Below, piece after piece: positions 9,401 to 17,729 of a DNA stretch of 63,724 nt. The first letter of the stretch is position 1; each line of letters opens with the position of its first letter. Location of the stretch: contig MOEI01000028.1 in NCBI GenBank assembly GCA_001889965.1, forward strand, positions 1 to 63,724, written 5' to 3'. The translations under genes were made by a program, and so were the position numbers. The notes beneath the pieces were generated by a model. It made no database searches and was not told the origin of the DNA. It saw only the letters and a program-made list of their open reading frames with translations. The DNA comes from a bacterium CG10_46_32 (GTDB lineage Bacteria > Patescibacteriota > Patescibacteriia > UBA2169).

Positions 9401-9739
9401 ATGAATCATATGTTAATCCAAATCATCACAACCATTGTCGTTTTATTCCTGATTACGCGCGTAGGCGGAAGGCTTAAGCGTAGGGAAATTACTTTTAAAG
9501 AAGCCTTGTTTTGGGCGCTTCTGTGGTTTGGCGTTGGGATTGTAGTTCTGTATCCGAAGCTTGCGGACCGCGTTGCATCATATATTGGATTACAAACCGC
9601 AACTGGTATTGATTTAGTAGTATATATTGCGGTTGGCCTAGCGTTTTATCTTATCTTCCGATTATTCGTGCATATTGAGCGCGTGGAGCGTGATATAACT
9701 AAAATCATACGCCACCTGGCTTTGAAAGATGAAGAATAA
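9401..9739 (+). CDS. DUF2304-type small membrane protein (GacJ-like partner of the upstream GT2)
   Basis: 112 aa with three hydrophobic helices. The R/K-rich loop (GRLKRREITFKEALFW) and C-terminal amphipathic ERVERDITKIIRHLA match my recollection of DUF2304. It lies directly downstream of a GT2, as that family usually does. Confidence 0.75.
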   Translation: MNHMLIQIITTIVVLFLITRVGGRLKRREITFKEALFWALLWFGVGIVVLYPKLADRVASYIGLQTATGIDLVVYIAVGLAFYLIFRLFVHIERVERDITKIIRHLALKDEE

Positions 9740-10766
9740 CCTCGCAATAATTATTGTTACTTACAACGGAAGCACATGGATTAAAAAATGCCTTGCTTCC
9801 GTTTTTCGGAATGACCCCACACAAGGGGGGTATGATGTCATTTTGATTGATAACGCGTCGCACGATGGGACCGCGGATATTGTGGAAAAAGAATTCCCAC
9901 CGGTTGCTGTTATCCGCTCCAGTAAAAATCTTGGATTTGTAGGCGGTAATAATCTGGGAATCAAAGAGGCGTTACGTCACCAGTACGAATATATTTTAAT
10001 GTTGAATCAGGATACAGAGGTTGTGTCTGATTTTTTTTCTGAAATTATAAAAGTTGCGGTGCTGGATCATGTTGGAATCGTACAAGGGATGCTGGTGTTG
10101 GGGGATGAGCGGTCATTAACAAACAATGCGGGTAATGCGCTTCATTATTTAGGTTTTGGGTTTGTAAAACAGTATGGCGAACCAGTTGAACGATGGGCGA
10201 GTCGTGAGCCGTTTGAAATTGGGTATGCATCCGGCGCTGCGCTTCTCGTCAAAAGAGAAGTACTGGAACACATCGGGGTGCTGGATGAGAAGTTTTTTAT
10301 GTACCATGAGGATTTGGATTTGTGCTGGCGCGCGAAATTGGCCGGCTACCGCGTCATGTTGGCTCCGAAAGCAATTGTGTATCACTACTATGAATTCAAC
10401 CGCAACAAGGAAATGTTTTATTGGACCGAGCGCAACCGGTGGGCTGTACTGTTGCAGAACTACAGCGCCAAATCACTCATACTCCTTTCGCCGATGCTCG
10501 CGGCCACCGAACTAATGATGCTTGTATATAGTGTAATGAGTGGATGGCTTGGCAAGAAGCTTAAGAGTTATGTTTGGATTTTAGCGCATCTTCCCCAAAT
10601 TTTTGCACAACACCGGCGCGTGCAGTTGTCGCGCACGGTTAGCGATAAACGCATTTTTAAAACCATGGATGCCACGTTTACTATGGCGGGAATAAATAAT
10701 CCAATCATTACAAGAGTATTGAATTCACTGTTTACTGTTTATTTTGCGATCATCAGAATCATATGA
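9729..10766 (+). CDS. GT2 glycosyltransferase (rhamnosyltransferase/WbbL-like)
   Basis: IIVTYNG, IDNASHDGT and YHEDLDLCWRA motifs. Overlaps the upstream gene by 11 nt. Confidence 0.88.
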   Translation: MKNNLAIIIVTYNGSTWIKKCLASVFRNDPTQGGYDVILIDNASHDGTADIVEKEFPPVAVIRSSKNLGFVGGNNLGIKEALRHQYEYILMLNQDTEVVSDFFSEIIKVAVLDHVGIVQGMLVLGDERSLTNNAGNALHYLGFGFVKQYGEPVERWASREPFEIGYASGAALLVKREVLEHIGVLDEKFFMYHEDLDLCWRAKLAGYRVMLAPKAIVYHYYEFNRNKEMFYWTERNRWAVLLQNYSAKSLILLSPMLAATELMMLVYSVMSGWLGKKLKSYVWILAHLPQIFAQHRRVQLSRTVSDKRIFKTMDATFTMAGINNPIITRVLNSLFTVYFAIIRII

Positions 10767-11881
10767 ACATAGCAATTGTAAGCGCAGTATTTCCGCCATA
10801 TCGAGGTGGTATTGGAGCCGTGGCCCAAGCCCACGCTCGTATGTTGGCATTAAAAGGACAAAACATATCAATGTTTACGCCGAATTATGGGCAGGGTGCA
10901 TATGTAGGAGATGCTTCGTATAAGATTGAATTGTTGCAGCCAAAGCTGAAATATGGAAATGCAGCTTGGGTGCCGCAGCTAGAAAGCCAATTAAAAGATT
11001 TTGATGCGGTGATTTTGCAGTATCCATTTTTTGGAGGAATGCGTGCTGTATATAATGCAAAAAAGAAGTATGGATTCAAATTGATATTGAATTACAATAT
11101 GGATGTGGTAGGTTCGGGTTTAAAAGGATTGGTATTTTGGTATGCAACAAAATTTTTTTTACCACGTATCGTCAAGATCGCGGATGTAGTGCTCGCGTCA
11201 TCCGAAGATTACGCAAGGCATTCTGATTTGGGGCGCTTGTGGTCCAATGACAAAAAGTTCCAAGTGGTGCCTATTGGTGTTGACTTAAATAAGTTCAAGC
11301 CAGATCCCTCCGCTCGCCTGCGGCTCGGTCGGGATGACAAAGGGATGGTGTTGTTTGTTGGAGGTTTGGATCGCGCGCACTATTTTAAAGGAGTTGAGTA
11401 TTTGATTAAGGCTATGCCATTGGTTTCCATGGACGCGAAATTTGTCATCGCCGGAAAAGGCGATCGTATGGAACAGTATGAAAAACAGGCTCAAAACCTT
11501 GGTGTTGCTGATCGTGTTACATTCGCAGGAGGAGTGTCAGACGAAGAGCTTGTTGCATTGTACCAGAACGCGGCAGTTACTGTGCTGCCATCTATTGATC
11601 AATCAGAGTCATTCGGCATCGTGCTCGCAGAGTCCATGGCATGTGGCACGCCAGTTATCACGTCAAACCTACCTGGCGTTAGGTCGGTGTACCAAGATGG
11701 CGTGTCCGGAATAACAATTCCAGTCCGCGACGAGAAAGCGCTTGCAAATGCAATCAATTTTATAGTAACTAATCCATCAAAACACGCAGCAATGGGAAAA
11801 TCTGCTCGCAAACTTTGCGAAACAAGGTATACTGGGGAGAGTATTGGAAATACATTACTTACACTATGCGGCGTTCAATAA
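10763..11881 (+). CDS. GT4 (GT-B fold) glycosyltransferase
   Basis: 372 aa. The C-terminal PS..ESFGIVLAESMACGTPVI motif is the E-x7-E region of GT4 enzymes. ATGA overlap with the upstream stop. Confidence 0.88.
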   Translation: MNIAIVSAVFPPYRGGIGAVAQAHARMLALKGQNISMFTPNYGQGAYVGDASYKIELLQPKLKYGNAAWVPQLESQLKDFDAVILQYPFFGGMRAVYNAKKKYGFKLILNYNMDVVGSGLKGLVFWYATKFFLPRIVKIADVVLASSEDYARHSDLGRLWSNDKKFQVVPIGVDLNKFKPDPSARLRLGRDDKGMVLFVGGLDRAHYFKGVEYLIKAMPLVSMDAKFVIAGKGDRMEQYEKQAQNLGVADRVTFAGGVSDEELVALYQNAAVTVLPSIDQSESFGIVLAESMACGTPVITSNLPGVRSVYQDGVSGITIPVRDEKALANAINFIVTNPSKHAAMGKSARKLCETRYTGESIGNTLLTLCGVQ

Positions 11882-14184
11882 TACAAACATTACTCTTGTT
11901 CGCATCAGTTGCGCTTTTGTACAGCAACTGGACCGGAAGCAAATCATTTGTTGTTGGGCTTGTTGGCCTTGCAGTATATTATGGTCTCCAAGCAATTTGT
12001 TGGGGAGTTGTTTTGGAGCGCATACTTCCATTCAATAGGGCGTGGGCATCTGTATTTGGATTTTTAGTTGGGTTCTACCTTTCCGCATTTGCTGTTGGTA
12101 TTCCAGTTGTGGTATGGAAGTATGATAGGATCGCCGTTGCATGTGCGCTACTATTTGTTGGTTTGGTGGGTATACTGTTGTCATTGTGGATGAAATCAAA
12201 TAATAGCATCATCCCAAACTCATTGCGGGATCCTTACGGAAAACAGATTCTGAAACAAGTTCAGCATGACGCCCTAAAGAAGATTTCTTCGTTTCTCGCT
12301 TTAGTGCGAGATTGGCATGTAATTGGTTTTTTTGTGTTTTCCGCCTTGTTTGCATTTTTTATTTTTCATGCCCGCACGGGAGTGTATATTATTTCCCCAT
12401 GGGCCGCGCTTTCATCATTTACGCTCATGCTTTTTTTTGCGCTTGCGTTTTTGGTGGGGTATATGGTGCTCACAAAAGGATCAATTAAGCTGGTGCTTGC
12501 GGTCATCATCGTATTTTCGTACCTTACGCATGCGTATTTGCCGGTTATCTACGAAACAGGATTTGGCGGGGACAAATGGCGCCATTTGGGAGCCGAACAA
12601 TGGCTACAAGAAGGGAATATTTATACTCCGAGCATTTGGGGAGAGGATCGCTCCACTATTCATTTCGGGCCTATTGCGGTTCCCGAGGCTTTGGTTGCAG
12701 GAAATAAAACATCATACGCAGCTCAATGGGCATCAACTATCTTTTTATCTGAATCTTTTGGGGTGAGCTTATTTTGGGTTGATTTGTTGATGGTATTTTT
12801 GCTCTGGTCGTTGTTTCTTCCACTGCTGTTATATTGGTTCGGCAGGTTGATTTTTGAAAATGAGCGCTTAGGGTTATTATTCGCATTTTTGCCGACCATT
12901 TTTTATACGTTCCAGTCCGAAGGCGCTATTACGATTCCGGTTTCGTTCGGGCATTTATTTTTCTTTTTTATTTTATTACTATGGGCGCAGTATGTTAAAG
13001 AGGGAAAACGGGCCGCATTGTATGCGGCAAGCGTATTCTCTTTGATGTTTTATTGGGGGTATATTTTGAATTTTTTCGTGTTGCTTCTTTTTGGCAGTTT
13101 GGCAATTGCATGGCGAAAATTGTTTATGGAGCGCAATCATTGGTATAAGCTTAAGCTTAAGTTTGGATTCAGCGACCGAAGGATCGCGCTCCGCGATAAA
13201 ACTATTTTTGTACTTTTGGTTTTTGGCGCGTTGTTCGCAATTCCATTTTTGGAGATATTCCAAGGACTCTCCAACTACGCCTCAGGTTCAATGTCTGTTG
13301 GAGGTGTGGTGGATGCGCTTGCAGATTCTTTCGGCAGGCTTTCTGGGTTTATCGGAATTATAGTGCCCCCTGATTTTATTGATCAGGGAAACTTTTTGTA
13401 TAACCAATCTAAAGAGTCACTCTCACGCTTGCCACTATTCTCCTACCGAATTGTTCCGTTTGTCGTTTCTATGGGCGTGTGGACTGTTATTGGCTGGGCT
13501 TGCTATCGCTTGTTCCGATACCACAAGGCGAAGCGTGTGCTGGCGCTCATTGCTGTTTTGTTTGGCGTCACTTTGGGTGCGTACTTTATTTCCTGGTCAT
13601 TTACCGAGGGTGTGCACATTTTGGCGCGCCGGCTTAATGAGACAATTGTATTTTTTATGATTTTGTTTTTAGGATGGGGGATGTGGCTATTCTTGCACGA
13701 AGACCGCATTCCCATTCCTATGCGGAAAAAGATTCTTGTTGTTGCTTTTTTGCTCGCGTTTAGCGCGACATCAACCTATGCATCCGGCCCTAAACTGCAA
13801 ATGGTAACCAGTGATGAGCTGGCGGCGGCGCGCGTCGTGTGGGCTGAACACCAACTAGATGGAGAGCCACACTGCGTTATTGCAAATACCTGGCCGTTGC
13901 TTGGGCTTGAAGCGGTATCTGGCCGTAAAATTACGGGCGGAAATTTTCCTATGTACACGGAGTATGCCCAGCCAGAGCGTGTTAAGATTTTTGAAGCATT
14001 GTCAAAATCGCCATCAGACACATGGATTACCGCGGCATTCCGCGTGACTGGCGCATCCACCTGTTACTACATGACTGAGAATAAATGGATTAATGATACC
14101 GTGCTTGGCAAGATTATTGAATTACTTGGCGAGCCACGGCGTATTGGGGATGTGCATATTTGGCGGATTGACAGGCAACTCTAA
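11866..14184 (+). CDS. Large polytopic membrane protein, candidate GT-C-type glycosyltransferase/polymerase
   Basis: ~770 aa with more than 12 predicted helices and a soluble C-terminal domain. I could not recognise a family. The start was taken at the internal ATG 11866 (the track ORF begins at 11815). Confidence 0.7.
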   Translation: MRRSIIQTLLLFASVALLYSNWTGSKSFVVGLVGLAVYYGLQAICWGVVLERILPFNRAWASVFGFLVGFYLSAFAVGIPVVVWKYDRIAVACALLFVGLVGILLSLWMKSNNSIIPNSLRDPYGKQILKQVQHDALKKISSFLALVRDWHVIGFFVFSALFAFFIFHARTGVYIISPWAALSSFTLMLFFALAFLVGYMVLTKGSIKLVLAVIIVFSYLTHAYLPVIYETGFGGDKWRHLGAEQWLQEGNIYTPSIWGEDRSTIHFGPIAVPEALVAGNKTSYAAQWASTIFLSESFGVSLFWVDLLMVFLLWSLFLPLLLYWFGRLIFENERLGLLFAFLPTIFYTFQSEGAITIPVSFGHLFFFFILLLWAQYVKEGKRAALYAASVFSLMFYWGYILNFFVLLLFGSLAIAWRKLFMERNHWYKLKLKFGFSDRRIALRDKTIFVLLVFGALFAIPFLEIFQGLSNYASGSMSVGGVVDALADSFGRLSGFIGIIVPPDFIDQGNFLYNQSKESLSRLPLFSYRIVPFVVSMGVWTVIGWACYRLFRYHKAKRVLALIAVLFGVTLGAYFISWSFTEGVHILARRLNETIVFFMILFLGWGMWLFLHEDRIPIPMRKKILVVAFLLAFSATSTYASGPKLQMVTSDELAAARVVWAEHQLDGEPHCVIANTWPLLGLEAVSGRKITGGNFPMYTEYAQPERVKIFEALSKSPSDTWITAAFRVTGASTCYYMTENKWINDTVLGKIIELLGEPRRIGDVHIWRIDRQL
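12220..12270. repeat. Short GTCAT-type palindromic repeat unit embedded in frame in the membrane-protein CDS
   Basis: TCATTGCGGG...GATTCTGAAACAAGTTCAGCATGAC. The last 25 nt match 36157..36181 at about 21/25 positions and fold as CTGAA/TTCAG. Translated as SLRDPYGKQILKQVQHD. Confidence 0.55.
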
Positions 14185-14236
14185 AAAAAGTATCGTGTGT
14201 ATTATTGTTCTTCGGCCTCTAACGGAGGAATGTGGT

Positions 14237-14479
14237 ATGTTTAGGCTTATTGACTGGTTTGTGCTGTTTGGGTTTCCTGTTGGGGCAGTTCTGGTAGTTT
14301 GGTTCCTTATGACACCAGAGAATCCATTGAGAAGGTTTATGATTTCCCCAGTAGGAATTATCCTCTGCCTGGTAGCGTGGGTACTCTGGATGGCAATGAT
14401 TGTCGGTTTTATATGTCAACGGCAGCAAGAGAGTGACTCATTCAACTTGCCGTATGATGAATGGGAATCAGGCGAGTGA
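14237..14479 (+). CDS. Small two-TM membrane protein
   Basis: GGAGG lies 10 nt upstream of ATG 14237. 80 aa with two hydrophobic helices, followed by an intrinsic terminator. Confidence 0.6.
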   Translation: MFRLIDWFVLFGFPVGAVLVVWFLMTPENPLRRFMISPVGIILCLVAWVLWMAMIVGFICQRQQESDSFNLPYDEWESGE

Positions 14480-14557
14480 GCATGAGCCGATATCAGTACG
14501 CCTTTAGCGAAAGGAATAAGAGGCGTTGCTTGTTGTATCGGGTCATTTCCTCGTCCG

Positions 14558-14595
14558 CGTCTGCGAAGCCAAAGGTTTCGCAGACGTATTTTTTT
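14558..14595 (+). terminator. Rho-independent terminator
   Basis: 10-bp stem CGTCTGCGAA/TTCGCAGACG, 9-nt loop, then TATTTTTTT. Confidence 0.8.
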
Positions 14596-14623
14596 GTGGA
14601 CAACTCTCTACTTGTTCGTTTTT

Positions 14624-15679
14624 TTATAGAAGATTTTTTGGGAAGATTCCGTTTTCAAACCAAACGTTCCATCCTTTGTAATGTTTGTGTTTTTGTATTT
14701 CAGCACGCTTGTGTTTCATAGTTGCTATGCCAGCCAATCCATCAGCCATTGCTTTGGCGATGATCCAAGGCCTGTCTTTAAATATATAACCAAAGAAGAT
14801 GGTCATCCATCCGAGAATAATCCAGAGCACATTGCGGAAGAAAACCGCTGTAGGATAATTTTTGTATTGCGTCCAAATCAAATTACGGTAGGTAGTATAT
14901 ACCGCAAAATCCGAAAGCTTGCTTGTTGATGCAGAGCCCTTGTGATATACAACTGCGTCTTTATCATACCCTGCTTCAAATCCGAGCAAGTGGGCGCGGA
15001 ATCCGAGGTCAATGTCTTCGGTGTATGCAAAGTATGTTGGATCAAAATACCACTTGTCATTGCGAGGGAGGGTACTCCCGACCGTGGCAATCTTATCATC
15101 GCCATGGTTGCCTGTAGCCTTGGAATCGTGCTCTGAGGCGACGTTAGGATTGCCGCGCTCCGCTACCGCTCCGCTCGCAATGACACAGGCTTCTAATAAC
15201 CTTCTAGAGTACAGTGCGCATCCCGCAGAGGGGCAGAAGATCTTTTGCTTTTCATTCAATCGGTTGAAAGGTAAACCGCTTTTCATCATCACCACGCCGA
15301 GGTTGTCTACTTTGTCGCGATTGTTGTATTGCATCATGTGGCCGGCAATCATATCACCCTTAGCTTGCGCCATGGTAGTCAAAAAGCTCGGTTCAACTTC
15401 AGTGTCATTATTAAGGACTAGGACGGCATCGGTGGCGTCATTAGCAAGTGCGTGCCTCATGCCTATATTATTGCCCTCCGCAAAGCCTAGATTACTCTCA
15501 TTCTGAATGAGAGTAATCTTGGGAAATTCATCCATCAAAACCTTGCCGTGGCCATCTGCGTCATTATTTACAACAATGACGGAGTAGCTCGGATAGTCTA
15601 TTTTTTCAAGCGATTTTAAGCAGGCCTTGGTGTCATCAAGGTTTTTGTAGTGCAGGACAATAATTGCAATATGTGACAT
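14624..15679 (-). CDS. GT2 glycosyltransferase carrying an in-frame repeat insertion
   Basis: MSHIAIIVLHYKN, VVNNDADG and YTEDIDLGFRA motifs; paralogous to 9729..10766. The track ORF extends to a TTG at 15727; the ATG at 15679 fits the usual GT2 N-terminus. Confidence 0.85.
   Translation of the reverse strand: MSHIAIIVLHYKNLDDTKACLKSLEKIDYPSYSVIVVNNDADGHGKVLMDEFPKITLIQNESNLGFAEGNNIGMRHALANDATDAVLVLNNDTEVEPSFLTTMAQAKGDMIAGHMMQYNNRDKVDNLGVVMMKSGLPFNRLNEKQKIFCPSAGCALYSRRLLEACVIASGAVAERGNPNVASEHDSKATGNHGDDKIATVGSTLPRNDKWYFDPTYFAYTEDIDLGFRAHLLGFEAGYDKDAVVYHKGSASTSKLSDFAVYTTYRNLIWTQYKNYPTAVFFRNVLWIILGWMTIFFGYIFKDRPWIIAKAMADGLAGIATMKHKRAEIQKHKHYKGWNVWFENGIFPKNLL
15056..15184. repeat. 129-bp GTCATTGCGAGG...CTCGCAATGAC palindromic element inside the GT2 CDS
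   Basis: Same terminal inverted repeat as 16539..16626 and 20813..20930. It is exactly 43 codons, read on the minus strand as VIASGAVAERGNPNVASEHDSKATGNHGDDKIATVGSTLPRND. Confidence 0.85.
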
Positions 15680-15714
15680 ATTCATATAGGTTATTGTTAT
15701 GGTAGTATAGCTAT

Positions 15715-16536
15715 ATGAAAGATACAAGAAACATTCTATATGTCGCTCGTTCCTTTCTCTGGGGCGGGTCTGTTCTATTTCTCGCCTGGCTGTTTTTCCA
15801 GAACCTGGTGCCCACCGGGGAGTTTGTTTTACAGTACAAAAAAGGGAGCGCTATTTCGCCGATTACGGATCTGCATCCGGAACAGCGCGTGATTGATTTG
15901 GATGATGATGGCCCGAATAGCCAGCGTTTTTATGTTGATCCTGTGTACTTTGATGCAAAAGTTCCGCGCGAGTTTGATACGGTGACCGTTGATATAACAT
16001 TCCAAAATCAAGCCCAACCAATCTTGGAGCTAGGTGCACGTCGTTTGCGTGGAAGTTGGGGTTTTGTAATGAAGCCGTTGCAGAATACAATTATCGACAA
16101 CCTCGATTGGCCGTGCCAGCGGTATGATGGTGTACTGTTCTGCCAAAAGCAGGAGCGTTATACGAACCTTTCTGCATTACTGGTAAAGCCTCCTTCCGAA
16201 CCAATTTTGACGTACCACTATGCGCTTCCAGAGAATATTCAGTGGGATGTTATGAATGTAAATACTGATACAAGCGAGTATAATTATCTGGTGGCAACAT
16301 ATACGCCTCCTGAATCACTAGGAGATGATTGGTACCGAACTAGTGTTCCATTTGTATGGAGCGATTTTGAGTTGTACATCAACGAGATCAGTTTTTTGGT
16401 TTCTGCTCCGGAATTAAATAAAGGACATGGTGATATTGTGCTTAAGGATATTACTATCCTACTCAAGCGCGACCCATTGGATTGGAACGGATTTGTTGAG
16501 TACATAAAAAACCAATTGAAAAGATTAAAAACTTAG
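15715..16536 (+). CDS. Hypothetical membrane-anchored protein
   Basis: 273-aa ORF with an N-terminal TM helix. No family recognised. Divergent from the GT2 gene. Confidence 0.7.
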   Translation: MKDTRNILYVARSFLWGGSVLFLAWLFFQNLVPTGEFVLQYKKGSAISPITDLHPEQRVIDLDDDGPNSQRFYVDPVYFDAKVPREFDTVTVDITFQNQAQPILELGARRLRGSWGFVMKPLQNTIIDNLDWPCQRYDGVLFCQKQERYTNLSALLVKPPSEPILTYHYALPENIQWDVMNVNTDTSEYNYLVATYTPPESLGDDWYRTSVPFVWSDFELYINEISFLVSAPELNKGHGDIVLKDITILLKRDPLDWNGFVEYIKNQLKRLKT

Positions 16537-16538
16537 TT

Positions 16539-16626
16539 GTCATTGCGAGGGAGCGAAGCGACTGCGGCAATCTTATCAACCAGCCGCAGCTCGATGGTAA
16601 GATTGCTTCGCTACGCTCGCAATGAC
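16539..16626. repeat. 88-bp intergenic copy of the GTCATTGCGAGG...CTCGCAATGAC palindromic element
   Basis: Perfect 11-12-nt terminal inverted repeats. The internal arms GCGAAGCGACTGCGGCAATCTTA / TAAGATTGCTTCGCTACGC also pair. Confidence 0.9.
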
Positions 16627-16816
16627 AATTCTACTAAAACTCAATACCGAGCTATTCCGTGCATCCGGAGTACTTACGCTTGTGCTTTACTTTTTAGAGA
16701 CGCTGAAAGATGGGTATGTATCGTTTTTCGTTAATCCGGCTATCATGCTGGCTGTTTTTGTCGTATCCGGCATAATCTGGCTTTTTACTCCTGATTCTGG
16801 TAAAGTAGGGGTATGA
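16622..16816 (+). CDS. Possible small two-TM membrane protein
   Basis: 64-aa ORF whose stop overlaps the rmlC ATG (ATGA at 16813). Its ATG is the ATGAC terminus of the repeat. No clear SD. Confidence 0.4.
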   Translation: MTILLKLNTELFRASGVLTLVLYFLETLKDGYVSFFVNPAIMLAVFVVSGIIWLFTPDSGKVGV

Positions 16817-17262
16817 TAGAAGATATAGTAATCAAACCATTAGAGCGTTGGGCGGATGAGCGCGGCTGGCTTTCCGAAGTGTGGAGAAATGACGAAATGG
16901 ACTACCAGCCAGTGATGGCATATGTCTCCAAAACAGAATCAGGCATAAGCCGCGGACCGCACGAACACAAAGATCAGTCTGATGGGTTTATTTTTGCGGG
17001 CCCGGGAAATTTTGATTTGTATCTCTGGGAGAACCGCGAGGGAAAGCCTGGGTACCGCGAGTTATTCAAGCTGACTGTCGGCGAGGATAATCCCGTGTTT
17101 GTGATGGTGCCGCCGGGCGTAGTGCATGGATACAAATGTATCTCCAAGGCAGGCGCGTATTCGTTTAACCTTCCGGATCGCTTATACAAAGGAAAAGGAA
17201 AGCAAGATGAGGTTGATGAAATCAGATGGGAACAAGATCCTAAATCACCATTTAAGATATAA
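16813..17262 (+). CDS. rmlC: dTDP-4-dehydrorhamnose 3,5-epimerase (short cupin form)
   Basis: 149 aa. ERGWLSEVWR, RGPHEH and VPPGVVHGY follow the RmlC cupin pattern. Sits with rmlB, rmlD and rmlA. Confidence 0.8.
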   Translation: MIEDIVIKPLERWADERGWLSEVWRNDEMDYQPVMAYVSKTESGISRGPHEHKDQSDGFIFAGPGNFDLYLWENREGKPGYRELFKLTVGEDNPVFVMVPPGVVHGYKCISKAGAYSFNLPDRLYKGKGKQDEVDEIRWEQDPKSPFKI

Positions 17263-17272
17263 TTAAAACCAT

Positions 17273-17680
17273 ATGTCAGACTGTATTTTTTGTAACATAG
17301 TAACAGGTGAATCACCTTCGCACAAAGTGTATGAGGATGATGATATTCTCGCATTTTTAGATATTAATCCCATTAACCCTGGACACACATTAGTAATTCC
17401 AAAAGAGCATTACAAAGATTTAACAGATACCCCTCCAGAGCTTGCTTCAAAACTTATTCAAACTGTACAAAAAATTAAGCCAGCAATACTTGGAGCAGTG
17501 GGAGCTGATTCTTTTAACCTTGGAGTTAATGTTGGAAAAAAAGCTGGGCAAGTTGTTTTTCATACGCACTTCCATATTATGCCTCGGTTTGAAGATGACG
17601 GGCATAAACTCTGGGGAGGCAAGCAAGTAGCGCAGGATGAACTTGCATTGACCGCGGAACATATTAAGAAACTTCTTTAA
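17273..17680 (+). CDS. HIT-family (histidine triad) nucleotide hydrolase/transferase
   Basis: 135 aa. CIFC N-terminus and the HTHFHIMPR histidine-triad motif. Confidence 0.9.
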   Translation: MSDCIFCNIVTGESPSHKVYEDDDILAFLDINPINPGHTLVIPKEHYKDLTDTPPELASKLIQTVQKIKPAILGAVGADSFNLGVNVGKKAGQVVFHTHFHIMPRFEDDGHKLWGGKQVAQDELALTAEHIKKLL

Positions 17681-17729
17681 CTAATAAGGACGTTAGACCC
17701 TTCGACTTCGCTCAGGGTGACGTGTAATT

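Noticed and set aside
14461-14721. 86-aa plus-strand ORF between convergent genes
   Set aside because: It runs through the intrinsic terminator hairpin at 14558..14595 and into the 3' end of the minus-strand GT2 gene. It has no SD and no motifs.
16537-16734. 65-aa ORF (MSLRGSEATAAI...LRYARNDNSTK) from the ORF track
   Set aside because: It is a read-through of the palindromic GTCATTGCGAGG...CTCGCAATGAC repeat. Peptides of this SLRG...ARND type are classic artefacts of translating such repeats. It has no SD and starts at a TTG.
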